Shown: piece after piece, positions 10,227 through 19,736 of the stretch
Numbering within the stretch: the stretch's first letter is position 1
Layout: every line of letters starts with the position of its first letter
From: an uncultured Ruminococcus sp.
GTDB taxonomy: Bacteria > Bacillota > Clostridia > Oscillospirales > Acutalibacteraceae
Assembly (NCBI GenBank): GCA_964555975.1
Contig: CAZKUO010000001.1
Span: 36,825-100,824 of the forward strand
DNA: 64,000 bases
Direction of reading: 5' to 3'
Program-made: the position numbers and the translations under genes
Notes under the pieces: generated by a model
What the model saw: only the letters and a program-made list of their open reading frames with translations
What the model was told of the DNA's origin: nothing
Database searches by the model: none

Positions 10227-11357
10227 GTGAACAGGGTAAAAATTCTGCATTTTGCGGATATTCATATAGGTGCGGCAGAGAGCTTTTTGGGCTCTGCCGC
10301 GGTTTCAAGAAGCTGTGAGAGGCTTATGACCTTTGAAAGAATAATAGATATTGCGGCGCAAAATTCTGTAAAGCTTATAGCCGCGGCGGGGGATATTTTC
10401 GATTCCAACCGTGTAAGCCCGGAGCTTGTGCGCTCGGTGCTTGCGAAAATCGCCTCGGTGCCGGATATTAGTGTCATTTTTGCCGCGGGTAATCACGACC
10501 CGCTTGATGCCGAATCGCCCCTTGCGGGTGAGGGGCTGCCAGATAATCTTTTTGTTCTCGGCACAAGGGATGAATGTATCACCCTTGAGGATATAGGAGT
10601 GCGTGTTTACGGTCGCTCATTTGAAAGTGCATTCAGCACCGGGGCAGAGCGTTTTTCAATTGTTCCCCCGCAGGATGAAATGATTAACATTGCGGTGCTT
10701 CACGGCGATTTACGTAGCGATCTCGGCTCGGAATACAACCCGATTACTCCGGGCTTTATTCTTGAAAGCAATATGGATTACATAGCTCTGGGGCACATAC
10801 ACAAGCGCTCGGAAATATTAAAGCTCGGCAAAACAAGCTTTGCCTACCCCGGCTCACCCGAGGGGCTCGGCTTTGACGAAACGGGCGAAAAGGGCGTTTA
10901 TGTGGGCGAGGTTTTTAAGGGCGGCTGTGAAATGGAATTTATACCTACGGCACGCCGACGTTTTTTTTGCGAAAAAATCGATGTATCCGATTGTGCCGAC
11001 AGTGCCGCCGCAGCGGAAAAAATCAAAGCCGTGCTTTTTGAAGCTCACGGTACGGAATATGCCGAAAATCTTTTTAAGCTTGAGCTTGTCGGCACGGTGA
11101 AAAGTGCCGCTTGCCTTTCAATTCCCGAAATAACCGAGCGATTAAGCTCGCTTTATTACGTAAAGCTTAAGGATATGACCGAGCCCGAGGTTAATTACGA
11201 CGAGCTTGCGGCCGAAATTTCCCTTAAGGGAATTTTTGTGAAAAATATGCTTGAAAAAATCAAGTGCTGTGACGAAAACAGCGCTGAAGCCCTTAAAAAT
11301 GCGCTGAAGCTGGGACTGCGGGCATTTGACGGTGAGGTGAGCTTTGATGATAATTAA
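10227..11357 (+). CDS. SbcD/Mre11-like DNA repair exonuclease (YhaO-like metallophosphoesterase)
   Basis: Calcineurin-like phosphoesterase motifs ILHFADIHIG, AGDIFD, AGNHD and LGHIH. GTG at 10227 lies 9 nt after AGGAGG and is preferred over the track start at 10194. Confidence 0.85.
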   Translation: MNRVKILHFADIHIGAAESFLGSAAVSRSCERLMTFERIIDIAAQNSVKLIAAAGDIFDSNRVSPELVRSVLAKIASVPDISVIFAAGNHDPLDAESPLAGEGLPDNLFVLGTRDECITLEDIGVRVYGRSFESAFSTGAERFSIVPPQDEMINIAVLHGDLRSDLGSEYNPITPGFILESNMDYIALGHIHKRSEILKLGKTSFAYPGSPEGLGFDETGEKGVYVGEVFKGGCEMEFIPTARRRFFCEKIDVSDCADSAAAAEKIKAVLFEAHGTEYAENLFKLELVGTVKSAACLSIPEITERLSSLYYVKLKDMTEPEVNYDELAAEISLKGIFVKNMLEKIKCCDENSAEALKNALKLGLRAFDGEVSFDDN

Positions 11358-13668
11358 AAAAATAAACATTGCGGCATTCGGCGGCCTTAAAAACAAATGC
11401 ATTGAGCCTAAAGGCGGCTTTAATGTGATTTACGGCGGGAACGAATACGGCAAAACCACCGTTATGAGCTTTATTAAAATGATGTTTTACGGTAACGAGC
11501 GCGGCTCATCACGGCTTGATAAAAACCCGCGGAAGAAATATACCCCATGGAGCGGGGAGCGTATGGCCGGAAGTATAGATTTTGAGCACGGCGGCAGAAG
11601 CTATCGGCTTGAAAGAGAATTTCGAGCCTCAAACTCGACCGATAAAATAACGCTTATCGATATGACCGACGGCACCCGTGAAAGCGTTTCGGGTGAGGTG
11701 GGAAGCCGCTTTTTCGGCATTTCCGCCGCGGCCTTTGAAAGATGCCTTTTTACGGGGCAATTCGGCAAGGCCGAGGGTGATGCGGCCGCCGAAAGCGAAA
11801 TTAATTCAAAGCTTTCCAATATGGTAACAACGGGGGATGAATCGGTTTCATACGAGACGGTGAGCACCCGCCTGCAAAGGGCGAGGCTTGCACTCTGTTC
11901 AAAAAGCGGACGTGCCGGCGAATGTGATAAAAACAAGCTTCGCCTTTCGCAATTGCGCACCGAGCTTGAAAAAACAGAGCTTTCCCATAAAAAGCATTCG
12001 GAATACAAAACAAACGCCGAGGCGGTGCTTAAGGATCTTGAAAAGGCTGCCGCACGCGCCGCAGAGCTGAAAGTGAAAATAGAAAACGAGGCGGATGTAC
12101 GCAACGCGGGCAAGCTGCGGGAGCTGCTTGAGCTGAAGACCCGACTTGATGCCTTCGGTGAGGAGCTGCACCTGTCAGACGGCTCGGTTGCCGACGGTGT
12201 TTACACCGCCAAGCTTAAATACTGCTTAAGTCGGCTTGAACGGATTGAAGGGCGCATTGCAGATAAAAAGGATGAAATCCGCCGTCTTTCGGAAAGCCTC
12301 GGCACTGCCGACGGTGCCTCCGCAGCCGAAAACGAAAAAGCGGCCGAGGCGAAGCTTGCCGAGCTAAATTCGCAGCTTGATGCAATTGCCTCAGAGCTTG
12401 AAAAAAGCAAGTCGGAGACGGCGCAGGCAGGCGGCAGGGGCAGCATAGGCTTTGCGGTGGCATTTATTGTAATTGCCGTTCTTTCCGCCTTGGGTGCAGC
12501 CGCGGCTGCGGCAATTTTCAAAATGCCGTTTCACGCGGTCGGCTTGGGCTTTACAGCCGCAGTCTCGGCAATTATCGCGTTTGTTTTGCTCCGCGGCCAC
12601 AGGGCCGAAAAGAAATTTATTGAGGCCGAGCAAAGCCGTATTGAGGAAAAAACCGAGGCCTTAAAAGCAAGATATACAGCCCTTAACGGTGAAATTAATT
12701 TGGCAACCGTCAGGCTTGAGGCTACGCGTGCGGCATTGGGTGTGGGAGCGGCACTTGACGGCCGCAAGAAGCTTTTGGAGGATGCCGAGAATGCCGCCGA
12801 GGGTCTAAGGCAGGAGCACGAAGCGGCAGAGGCCGAGCTTTTGGGGCTTTTCGGGCGTTACAGGCAGGTGACCTCGCTTGATGAAGTGAAATCACAGCTT
12901 GAAGTGCTTGAAAAAAAGGCCGAGGAGCTAAAGCAGCTTAAGCAACGGCTGAATTACCTTGTACGTGACCTCGGTAATATTTCGTATGACGAGGCGCGCC
13001 GCAGGCTTGAGGCTGTTTCCGATAAGGCGGAGGCGGAGGATTTTGAGGCTCTTAAGGCCGAATATGCCACCGTTACTGATGAGCTTGCAAGAAAGCGCAA
13101 CGCTCTTACCGCCGCCGAAACTGAGGACAGAATTTTAATGAAAAACCTGCCCGACCCCGCGGCCCTTAAAGCCGAAATTGCGGGTCTTGAAGAAAAAATA
13201 GGGCAGCAGGAGCGCTTTTGCGCCGCTGCCGATACCGCACTTGAGGTTTTACAGAACAGCTTTGCCGAGCTTCGCGGAAGCTACGGCTCCGCACTTGAAA
13301 AGCGTGCGGGAGAAATCTTTTCCGAGCTTACGGGCGGTGCATACGGCTCTGTGCTTATATCCAAGACCTTTGATATATGTGTGGAAGGCAAAAACGAATT
13401 TGTGAGCCGAGAGGCCGAGTATCTCAGCAGCGGTGCGGCCGATCAGGCATATTTAAGCCTGCGGCTTGCGCTTTCCTCACTTATTTTCGACCGTGTGGGT
13501 CAAATGCCCGTATTTCTTGATGACAGTCTTGCGCAGTATGATGATGAGCGAATGAGCACGGCCGTTAAATTTTTGCAAAAATATTCGGAGCACGGCCAGG
13601 TAATAATGTTTACCTGTCACCGCGCTGTGCTTGATGCCGCCGAGGAAGCCGGCGCATATGCGCTGTAA
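11347..13668 (+). CDS. SbcC/Rad50-like AAA ATPase (YhaN-like) with a central hydrophobic hairpin
   Basis: Walker A GGNEYGKTT, long coiled-coil, ABC signature LSSGAADQ, Walker B PVFLDDSL and H-loop FTCH. The start overlaps the end of the upstream gene. Two hydrophobic helices lie at about nt 12441-12600. Confidence 0.85.
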   Translation: MIIKKINIAAFGGLKNKCIEPKGGFNVIYGGNEYGKTTVMSFIKMMFYGNERGSSRLDKNPRKKYTPWSGERMAGSIDFEHGGRSYRLEREFRASNSTDKITLIDMTDGTRESVSGEVGSRFFGISAAAFERCLFTGQFGKAEGDAAAESEINSKLSNMVTTGDESVSYETVSTRLQRARLALCSKSGRAGECDKNKLRLSQLRTELEKTELSHKKHSEYKTNAEAVLKDLEKAAARAAELKVKIENEADVRNAGKLRELLELKTRLDAFGEELHLSDGSVADGVYTAKLKYCLSRLERIEGRIADKKDEIRRLSESLGTADGASAAENEKAAEAKLAELNSQLDAIASELEKSKSETAQAGGRGSIGFAVAFIVIAVLSALGAAAAAAIFKMPFHAVGLGFTAAVSAIIAFVLLRGHRAEKKFIEAEQSRIEEKTEALKARYTALNGEINLATVRLEATRAALGVGAALDGRKKLLEDAENAAEGLRQEHEAAEAELLGLFGRYRQVTSLDEVKSQLEVLEKKAEELKQLKQRLNYLVRDLGNISYDEARRRLEAVSDKAEAEDFEALKAEYATVTDELARKRNALTAAETEDRILMKNLPDPAALKAEIAGLEEKIGQQERFCAAADTALEVLQNSFAELRGSYGSALEKRAGEIFSELTGGAYGSVLISKTFDICVEGKNEFVSREAEYLSSGAADQAYLSLRLALSSLIFDRVGQMPVFLDDSLAQYDDERMSTAVKFLQKYSEHGQVIMFTCHRAVLDAAEEAGAYAL

Positions 13669-13691
13669 ATAATATTGAACAGAAATTAAAT

Positions 13692-13721
13692 GACGTTACA
13701 ATGCGGCAGCATTGTAACGTC
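13692..13721. terminator. bidirectional hairpin between convergent genes
   Basis: Perfect 13-bp stem GACGTTACAATGC / GCATTGTAACGTC with a GGCA loop and A/T-rich flanks. Confidence 0.6.
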
Positions 13722-13750
13722 AAAATATTGTAGGGCTTTTTGATTCTTAA

Positions 13751-15811
13751 TTACTGTCTTACGGAATTAAAGTAATCAACAATTCCTCGCGTGATTGCCC
13801 TGGCCTTTTGTGTGCCCTCGTTTCTGATGTTATTGAAATCGTTTAAATTGGACATAAAGCCGTTCTCTGTAAGCACCACGGGGCAGGTTGTTATGCGGCA
13901 CATAAAGTAGTAATGCCACTTAAAGGTAAAGCGCTTGTAAAGTCCGGTTGAATTTTGCGTTTGGGATAAAATGTATTCGGCTGCACGCTTTGAAAAAGCA
14001 TTTGAATAATATGCCCCAAAGCCGTTGCTTGCGGCCGAGGTTGAGGAATCATGGTGGATTGCAATGCAAAAATCGGGCTTTTCACGCTTTAAAACGGTCG
14101 TTTTATCGTTGGTTGAGCTTGTGGTATCGCCGGTTCTTGTCATAACCACAACCGCACCGATTTTTTCAAGCTCTGCCTTAAGCTTATAGGCAAGATCCAA
14201 ATTTGCCTGCTTTTCGCAATAAGAATTTTTATAGCTTCCAAAGCCCGCAGCGCCCGGGTCCTTACCGCCGTGCCCGACATCAATAAGAATTTTGGCACCC
14301 TTTAAATCAATGCCGTATTCATTGGCCGCCACCGCGGTCTGCTTGGGGTTAAGAAAGCTGAAAACCAATCGTCCGTCGGCATCGTAAGCGCAGTCCCACC
14401 CGTAAAACGCGCCTGTTTTTTTAAGGTGTAGCCGCAGTGTTATATCCCGCACGGCAGTGCCGTCGGCGTTCATATTTTTTATCACCTCGGCGCGCGAAAA
14501 AAGCGGGTTTTGCCCGGGCACGGTAACCTCACCCTCAAAAACGGTTGCGTAGCAAAAGGTTATATCTATGTAATTAAAGGTAATATCCGTTACCGAATAA
14601 TTTTGTGAGGCGGGTGCGGCGTAGCTTTGCGGCAGTAGGTCAAAATAAAATGGGGCTTTCCAATCGGTATTAACCGTAAGTGTGGTGTGTGTATCGCCGT
14701 TCTCAAGTGCGGCAAGGCTGATTTCGTTGTGGTCGGGCAGAGTACCCATATATTGCTTAACCACTGCATTTTTACCCGTATACGGCTTATCCTGACGTTC
14801 CTTGTAAACACGGTAGCCCGCACGCAGGGTAACATATTCGTTCACGGTGCCGCCGCTTTCGTAAATAACATAGTCGGGTGAGCAGTAATCCACCGTGCCG
14901 CGCGGCAAATAATTGTTTGTGGGACGCGACCAATCAACCGAGCCGTTTTTAAGTGAGGCCGAGGTTACGTTGCCGTCAAAGGTTTCGGCGGTTTCCGCAA
15001 CTATTTCGGCAATATAGCCCGAGCCCACGTTCATATATTTACCGCCTGTGGGGGTGGCTTTTGCATCGTATTCCACAATAATATCGCTTCGCTTGCAGGT
15101 AACAGCTCCCGAAGAAAAGCTTTCCGTAACACCGTTATGTGTGGCGGTGTAGCGTATTTTACCGAGATTAAGGTTTTGCGCATTCCCGCTCGGTAGCTTA
15201 AATACACCGCTAAACGGGGCAAAATCGGTGTTGTCGCTTTCGGCATCCGTGCTTTCGGTAAGCACCTCCTCTGAGCCGTTAAAGGCGGCCGTAACGCGGC
15301 TGCCCTTGCGCGCGCGAACGCTTACAACAAGTGTTGAACCGCTCGGATAGGTTTGTGCGCCCGAGGGTTGGTAGCTTTGTATTATCACATATCTGTAATT
15401 CACGGTGTAAACCTGCTCCTCACCCTTGTGCAAAAAGGTGAAAACATTTTTGCCCACGTTAAGCTTTACAGTGTGTGCAAAGCCGCCGTCCTCGCTGCGC
15501 TCCGCAGCTTCACCGTTTACTGTGAGCGGCTCGGCGGGGTCCGAGGTGCCCGAAAAGGTGAATATCGGCTCGGTCACCGTAATGCTGTTGCTTTCCGGGG
15601 AGGATAGCGAAAGGCGTATGCCGTTATCCTCGGGCTCCGATACAGTAGGCACGGAGGAGGCGCAGTCGGCAGATGAGGACACATCGGTTAGGCGTGATGC
15701 CACATCGCGCGCGGCAAGCCTTGAGAGCAAAATCGCCGTGCCCGCAGCCACAAGCACGGTGAGCAGCACAGCCGATGATATTATAATAATTTTTTTGTTC
15801 CGCAAATTCAT
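13751..15811 (-). CDS. membrane-anchored N-acetylmuramoyl-L-alanine amidase (Amidase_3) with a large N-terminal extracellular region
   Basis: 686 aa. N-terminal TM helix (IIIISSAVLLTVLVAAGTAILL). The C-terminal roughly 190 aa carry ILIDVGHGGKDPGA, IAIHHDS and ENGFMSN, typical of Amidase_3. Confidence 0.85.
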   Translation of the reverse strand: MNLRNKKIIIISSAVLLTVLVAAGTAILLSRLAARDVASRLTDVSSSADCASSVPTVSEPEDNGIRLSLSSPESNSITVTEPIFTFSGTSDPAEPLTVNGEAAERSEDGGFAHTVKLNVGKNVFTFLHKGEEQVYTVNYRYVIIQSYQPSGAQTYPSGSTLVVSVRARKGSRVTAAFNGSEEVLTESTDAESDNTDFAPFSGVFKLPSGNAQNLNLGKIRYTATHNGVTESFSSGAVTCKRSDIIVEYDAKATPTGGKYMNVGSGYIAEIVAETAETFDGNVTSASLKNGSVDWSRPTNNYLPRGTVDYCSPDYVIYESGGTVNEYVTLRAGYRVYKERQDKPYTGKNAVVKQYMGTLPDHNEISLAALENGDTHTTLTVNTDWKAPFYFDLLPQSYAAPASQNYSVTDITFNYIDITFCYATVFEGEVTVPGQNPLFSRAEVIKNMNADGTAVRDITLRLHLKKTGAFYGWDCAYDADGRLVFSFLNPKQTAVAANEYGIDLKGAKILIDVGHGGKDPGAAGFGSYKNSYCEKQANLDLAYKLKAELEKIGAVVVMTRTGDTTSSTNDKTTVLKREKPDFCIAIHHDSSTSAASNGFGAYYSNAFSKRAAEYILSQTQNSTGLYKRFTFKWHYYFMCRITTCPVVLTENGFMSNLNDFNNIRNEGTQKARAITRGIVDYFNSVRQ

Positions 15812-15933
15812 AGTTTTTTCTCCCGCAATTAAGAAAAGCTTTATTTCCGTGTTAATAAGTTATATAATATCATTATACGCAAAAAGCACCGTTTTTCAAC
15901 AAAAAATTCTTAAACGGCAGGAGAAATTTTAAA

Positions 15934-16566
15934 ATGGGAATATGCTATATTTTCGGAGCGGCCGAGGGATTGCCGCAGAGCTTTGAGGCAAACAAATCGG
16001 ATATTGTGATAGCGGCGGATTACGGCCTTAAGCGGCTTGAGCAAATGGGGGTGCGCCCTGATATTGCCGTGGGGGATTTTGATTCGCTCGGCTATGTGCC
16101 AAAGGCTCCCGAGGTTCTGCGCCACCCCGTTATGAAGGACGATACCGATATTATGCTGGCGGTAAAAACGGGCTTTGAGCGCGGCTTTAACGAATTTGTT
16201 ATTTACGGCGGTGTCGGCGGACGGGCCGATCACACCCTTGCAAATCTTCAAATTCTGTCATATATATCGCGCAGAGGCGGCAGGGGCTACCTATGCTTTG
16301 AAGGGTATACCGCCACTGCCGTTACCGACGGCACACTGCGGCTTTGCGGCGGCAGCGGCACAGTTTCGGTCTTTTCTGCGGGGGAGGCCGCAACGGGTGT
16401 AACCCTTAAGGGATTGCTTTATTCACTTGAAAACGCCCGCCTGGATTTTTATTATCCGCTTGGTGTAAGCAATGAATTTGCCGCAAAAGAAGCCGAAATA
16501 ACCGTAAAGCAGGGCACACTGCTTGTGATTTGGCAGGGCGACCGCGGGCCGGCCGTGGGGGAGTGA
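15934..16566 (+). CDS. thiN: thiamine diphosphokinase
   Basis: 210 aa with the IAADYG, GDFDS and GGRADHTLAN motifs of thiamine pyrophosphokinase. Confidence 0.85.
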   Translation: MGICYIFGAAEGLPQSFEANKSDIVIAADYGLKRLEQMGVRPDIAVGDFDSLGYVPKAPEVLRHPVMKDDTDIMLAVKTGFERGFNEFVIYGGVGGRADHTLANLQILSYISRRGGRGYLCFEGYTATAVTDGTLRLCGGSGTVSVFSAGEAATGVTLKGLLYSLENARLDFYYPLGVSNEFAAKEAEITVKQGTLLVIWQGDRGPAVGE

Positions 16567-16621
16567 GAATTTCTTTGAAAGACCAGGGCCGATTTTATAT
16601 AAATACAGGTATCTTAAATAT

Positions 16622-16666
16622 AAAAAGTGCGATTGTGTGAGAAAAATCACGCAATCGCACTTTTTA
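16622..16666. terminator. bidirectional rho-independent terminator
   Basis: AAAAAGTGCGATTGTGTGA-GAAAAA-TCACGCAATCGCACTTTTT: a 15-bp stem with one mismatch, flanked by an A-run and a T-run. It lies between convergent genes. Confidence 0.75.
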
Positions 16667-16671
16667 AAGGT

Positions 16672-17469
16672 CTAACCCAAATAATTTATGATTTCGCCCG
16701 CATCCTTAAGCACAATATCCGGCTTATCGGGTGAGGAAGCAAGTATTTCCTCGGTGGTTTCGCCGCTCATTACAAGCACGCCGAGGGCGCCCGCATTAAG
16801 CCCGCTTTTAATATCGGTATAAATTCTGTCACCCACAACCGCGGTTTTATCAAGCGGTATATCCGCTTTTTCGGCTGCAAGTCTTATCATAAGCGGGGAG
16901 GGCTTACCTATAACAAAAGGCCTTTTGCCGGTGGCATTGTAAAGCATATCACACACACTGCCGCAATCCGGCACACTGCCGAATTCCGTAGGGCAAACAT
17001 AATCGGGATTTGTTGCAATGTAGGGCAGGCTTCGTGTGCAAAGCAGCATTGAAATGTCTTCAAGCTTTTTAAAGGTGAGCTCTGTATCAAAGCCCATTAC
17101 AATGCACTCGGTTTTTTCGGTATCCTCGGTTATTTCAAAGCCGTTTTCACGAAGCTCGGCTTTCAGCGATTCCGTGCCGCAAACGTAAAGCCTTTTGCCG
17201 GGGTATTCCCGCTTTAAGTACCAAGCCGTAGCCTGCGATGAGGTGAGAAAATCCTCACTGTCGGCCGCAATGCCGAGACCCTTAAGCTTTTGCACATAGG
17301 CTTCAACGCTCTTTGAGGAATTATTTGTTATAAACAAATAGCGCTTTCCCGCTTTTTTTATTTCTTCAAGCAGTCCGGCCGTAAATTCAAACAGGCGGTT
17401 TCCCAAATAGAGGGTGCCGTCCATATCAAATAAAAACAGCTCTGCTTTTCTTAAGGCTTCCTTTTCCAT
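16672..17469 (-). CDS. HAD-IIA family phosphatase (NagD/AraL-like)
   Basis: Motif I FLFDMDGTLY, FITNNSS (HAD-IIA hallmark) and motif IV GDRIYTDI. TAATG overlap with the upstream gene. Confidence 0.85.
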   Translation of the reverse strand: MEKEALRKAELFLFDMDGTLYLGNRLFEFTAGLLEEIKKAGKRYLFITNNSSKSVEAYVQKLKGLGIAADSEDFLTSSQATAWYLKREYPGKRLYVCGTESLKAELRENGFEITEDTEKTECIVMGFDTELTFKKLEDISMLLCTRSLPYIATNPDYVCPTEFGSVPDCGSVCDMLYNATGKRPFVIGKPSPLMIRLAAEKADIPLDKTAVVGDRIYTDIKSGLNAGALGVLVMSGETTEEILASSPDKPDIVLKDAGEIINYLG

Positions 17470-18647
17470 TATTTCCTGTCTACTCCGAGCAGTGCTTTTG
17501 TCGCGTGCTCCGCATAGCGCTCTAAGAGGCCTTTGTCACGCAGGTAAAAAAGGATTGTATATCTGTCACGCAGGGTAAGGGCGCGCTTTATTCCGCGCAT
17601 TACGGTATCGTAATCGCTTGTAACCTCCGGCACCTGCATGTCGGCACAGAACTTATCCACTGCATCAAAATAGGGCAAATATGGCTCAATAAGTGCTTTT
17701 AAATGCATATCCTCGGTTTCGCGGTGGAGAAGACGGTACATTTCCGCAACAAGACGGGTGCCCTCGCACACCTCAAGCCCGTGAAGATTGGGCCGCTCGC
17801 CCTTTTCCACGCTTTCAAGCTCCCACGCGTGCGCCACAATGTGCTCCGAGCCCGAGGCCGGGCGTGAATTGCCGGTAAATGCCATGCCGAGACCCGTTAC
17901 CATAAAGCCTTCCATAATGCTCTTTACACATTCGGGTGAACGCTCCTTAAGGCTGTAGCCGTTTTCAAGGCACAAGTTCGTAGCTGCAATAACATCGTCG
18001 GCTATTTCCTTGCAATAGTATTCGCCGCTGTAATCCCGCGCAAGCTCCCAATCCAAAATGGCAATGTACTTACCGAACATATCGCCTATTCCCGAAAGAA
18101 GCATATCAAACGGAGCCTCGCTCATAACAAGTGTATCGGCAACAATATATTTCGGGGTGGTGCACTTAACGGTTACCTTTGTGCCGTCAAAAAGCAGGGG
18201 AGAGCCCGCTGAGGCGTAGCCGTCCATAGAGGGGGCAGTGCCCGCAATGCCGTAGGGAATGCCCACTCTGTAGGAAACAAGACGGCAAATATCGTTAACT
18301 ACACCCGAGCCGACAGCCAAAATAAAATCGGGGAGGGGGGAATATTTAAAAATATCGGAATCGGCCTTGGGGTTGTAAAGGTGTATAAGCACATCGCCTA
18401 TGCACCTTTCATCGGGCAGCACGTTGCCGGTTAAAATGTGCTTGTAAAGCTCCTTCCCGTCCTCAAGCAGCAGGCGCTCGGCCTCAGCTCCGAGCACTCT
18501 GTAGGTGTTTTCGTCGCAGACCATATAAATTCTGCTGTAATCCTTTAAAATTTGCGGTAGCTTTTTCACGGCCCCGCGTTCTATTATGTATTCTTCAAGC
18601 GGTGCACTGTGTACGCCCTTTTCACAGCTGCATTTTTTTTCAATCAT
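17469..18647 (-). CDS. sn-glycerol-1-phosphate dehydrogenase family protein (AraM/EgsA-like, iron-ADH/DHQS fold)
   Basis: GSGVVNDICR, SMDGYAS and GNSRPASGSEH motifs as I recall them from AraM. ATG at 18647 behind GGAGGA, 4 nt after the upstream stop, is preferred over 18701. Confidence 0.7.
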   Translation of the reverse strand: MIEKKCSCEKGVHSAPLEEYIIERGAVKKLPQILKDYSRIYMVCDENTYRVLGAEAERLLLEDGKELYKHILTGNVLPDERCIGDVLIHLYNPKADSDIFKYSPLPDFILAVGSGVVNDICRLVSYRVGIPYGIAGTAPSMDGYASAGSPLLFDGTKVTVKCTTPKYIVADTLVMSEAPFDMLLSGIGDMFGKYIAILDWELARDYSGEYYCKEIADDVIAATNLCLENGYSLKERSPECVKSIMEGFMVTGLGMAFTGNSRPASGSEHIVAHAWELESVEKGERPNLHGLEVCEGTRLVAEMYRLLHRETEDMHLKALIEPYLPYFDAVDKFCADMQVPEVTSDYDTVMRGIKRALTLRDRYTILFYLRDKGLLERYAEHATKALLGVDRK

Positions 18648-18651
18648 AACA

Positions 18652-19377
18652 TTAATCCTCCGTAAATCCTCGCATAACCTCGGGGAAGGTGCGATAATCA
18701 TCTATTGTAACAAAGCCGAAATCGGATTTGTAAACGGCCTCATCGTTGCCGCCCTCACCGTAATCATCGCCCACATAGATAACCTCTGTGGGTGCGATTC
18801 CGAGTGAGCTGCAATATTTTTCAAGTGCATAGCGCTTATCAAACGGGGCGGGAGCCATATCAAAGGATGATGAGCCACCGACAAAAACCGTGTATTCCGG
18901 GAAAAGCGCTTTCACATCCTCATAAATGGCGCGGCGCTTTTTTCTGTCGGGGTCAAAGCTCAGCTTGTCCTCAATCTTTGCCGCAGTGCCCAAAAGCGGA
19001 AGTGTAACACAGCCCGAGGAATGAAATTCAACATTATCCCCCGCAAAGGAGGTATAGCCGTATCTTTCACGCAGTGCGGTCATACGCTTTTCAATTGAAG
19101 CACGGTCGATTGGGCGCTGAATATCCTCCACAATTTCTATATCCCGTGTTTTTTCGTTGTAAACCGCCGTTTGCATACCGTAATTGCCTATAATATCTAT
19201 GGGGAAATGCCCCATCTGCTCAAAAATACGCCTGCACATTCCGGCGCCCGCCATGCAAAGTCGGGCTTTTTTTGCAAGTGCCTCAAGCACGGCGCGATTT
19301 TCAGCTGAAAGGGGTGTTTTGTGCTGAGTGAGTGTGCCGTCCAAATCAAAGGCGAAAAGCTTAATTTCCCTGCTCAT
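18652..19377 (-). CDS. HAD-IIB family hydrolase (Cof/phosphomannomutase-like phosphatase)
   Basis: Motif I FAFDLDGTLT and motif IV GDDYGEGGNDE. The ATG at 19377 is preferred over the TTG at 19392. Confidence 0.75.
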   Translation of the reverse strand: MSREIKLFAFDLDGTLTQHKTPLSAENRAVLEALAKKARLCMAGAGMCRRIFEQMGHFPIDIIGNYGMQTAVYNEKTRDIEIVEDIQRPIDRASIEKRMTALRERYGYTSFAGDNVEFHSSGCVTLPLLGTAAKIEDKLSFDPDRKKRRAIYEDVKALFPEYTVFVGGSSSFDMAPAPFDKRYALEKYCSSLGIAPTEVIYVGDDYGEGGNDEAVYKSDFGFVTIDDYRTFPEVMRGFTED

Positions 19378-19388
19378 TAAAATTCCTC

Positions 19389-19736
19389 TCAATCAATAGC
19401 TTTTGTGGCGATAATATCCGTTCCGAATACACCGGCTATTATTATATCACCTATATGCACGGGTGCACAAGCCTTTTTTTCATGTATCAGCCGCATAACC
19501 TCAAATATTTTATCTTTAGGCACGGGAGCGGCTGTTTTAACGCTTACCTGAGTATCCTTACGGTTTTCAACCCTTACGGTTGAGGTTACCGTTCGTGTGG
19601 GGTTGGTACATTCGTCAATTGCGTATTTTTCGCCCTTGGGGCAGCCGTTTCCCGTAACAAGTGCGGCTTTATCGGTTATTTCAACCGAAAGTGAGCAGCC
19701 TCGCGGGCAGATTATACAGGTTAAACTTCTTTTCAT
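19389..19736 (-). CDS. DUF1667 domain protein (third component of clostridial FAD-dependent glycerol-3-P dehydrogenase clusters)
   Basis: 115 aa with an N-terminal CIICPRGC Cys motif. ATGA overlap with the upstream oxidoreductase. Confidence 0.75.
   Translation of the reverse strand: MKRSLTCIICPRGCSLSVEITDKAALVTGNGCPKGEKYAIDECTNPTRTVTSTVRVENRKDTQVSVKTAAPVPKDKIFEVMRLIHEKKACAPVHIGDIIIAGVFGTDIIATKAID

Noticed and set aside
10227-13668. The SbcD/SbcC-like pair as an anti-phage system (Lamassu, Gabija or Wadjet-like).
   Set aside because: The architecture and motifs fit the conserved chromosomal YhaO/YhaN repair-type pair. Composition matches the core genome, and there are no neighbouring defence or mobile genes. 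It is kept only as a structural curiosity.
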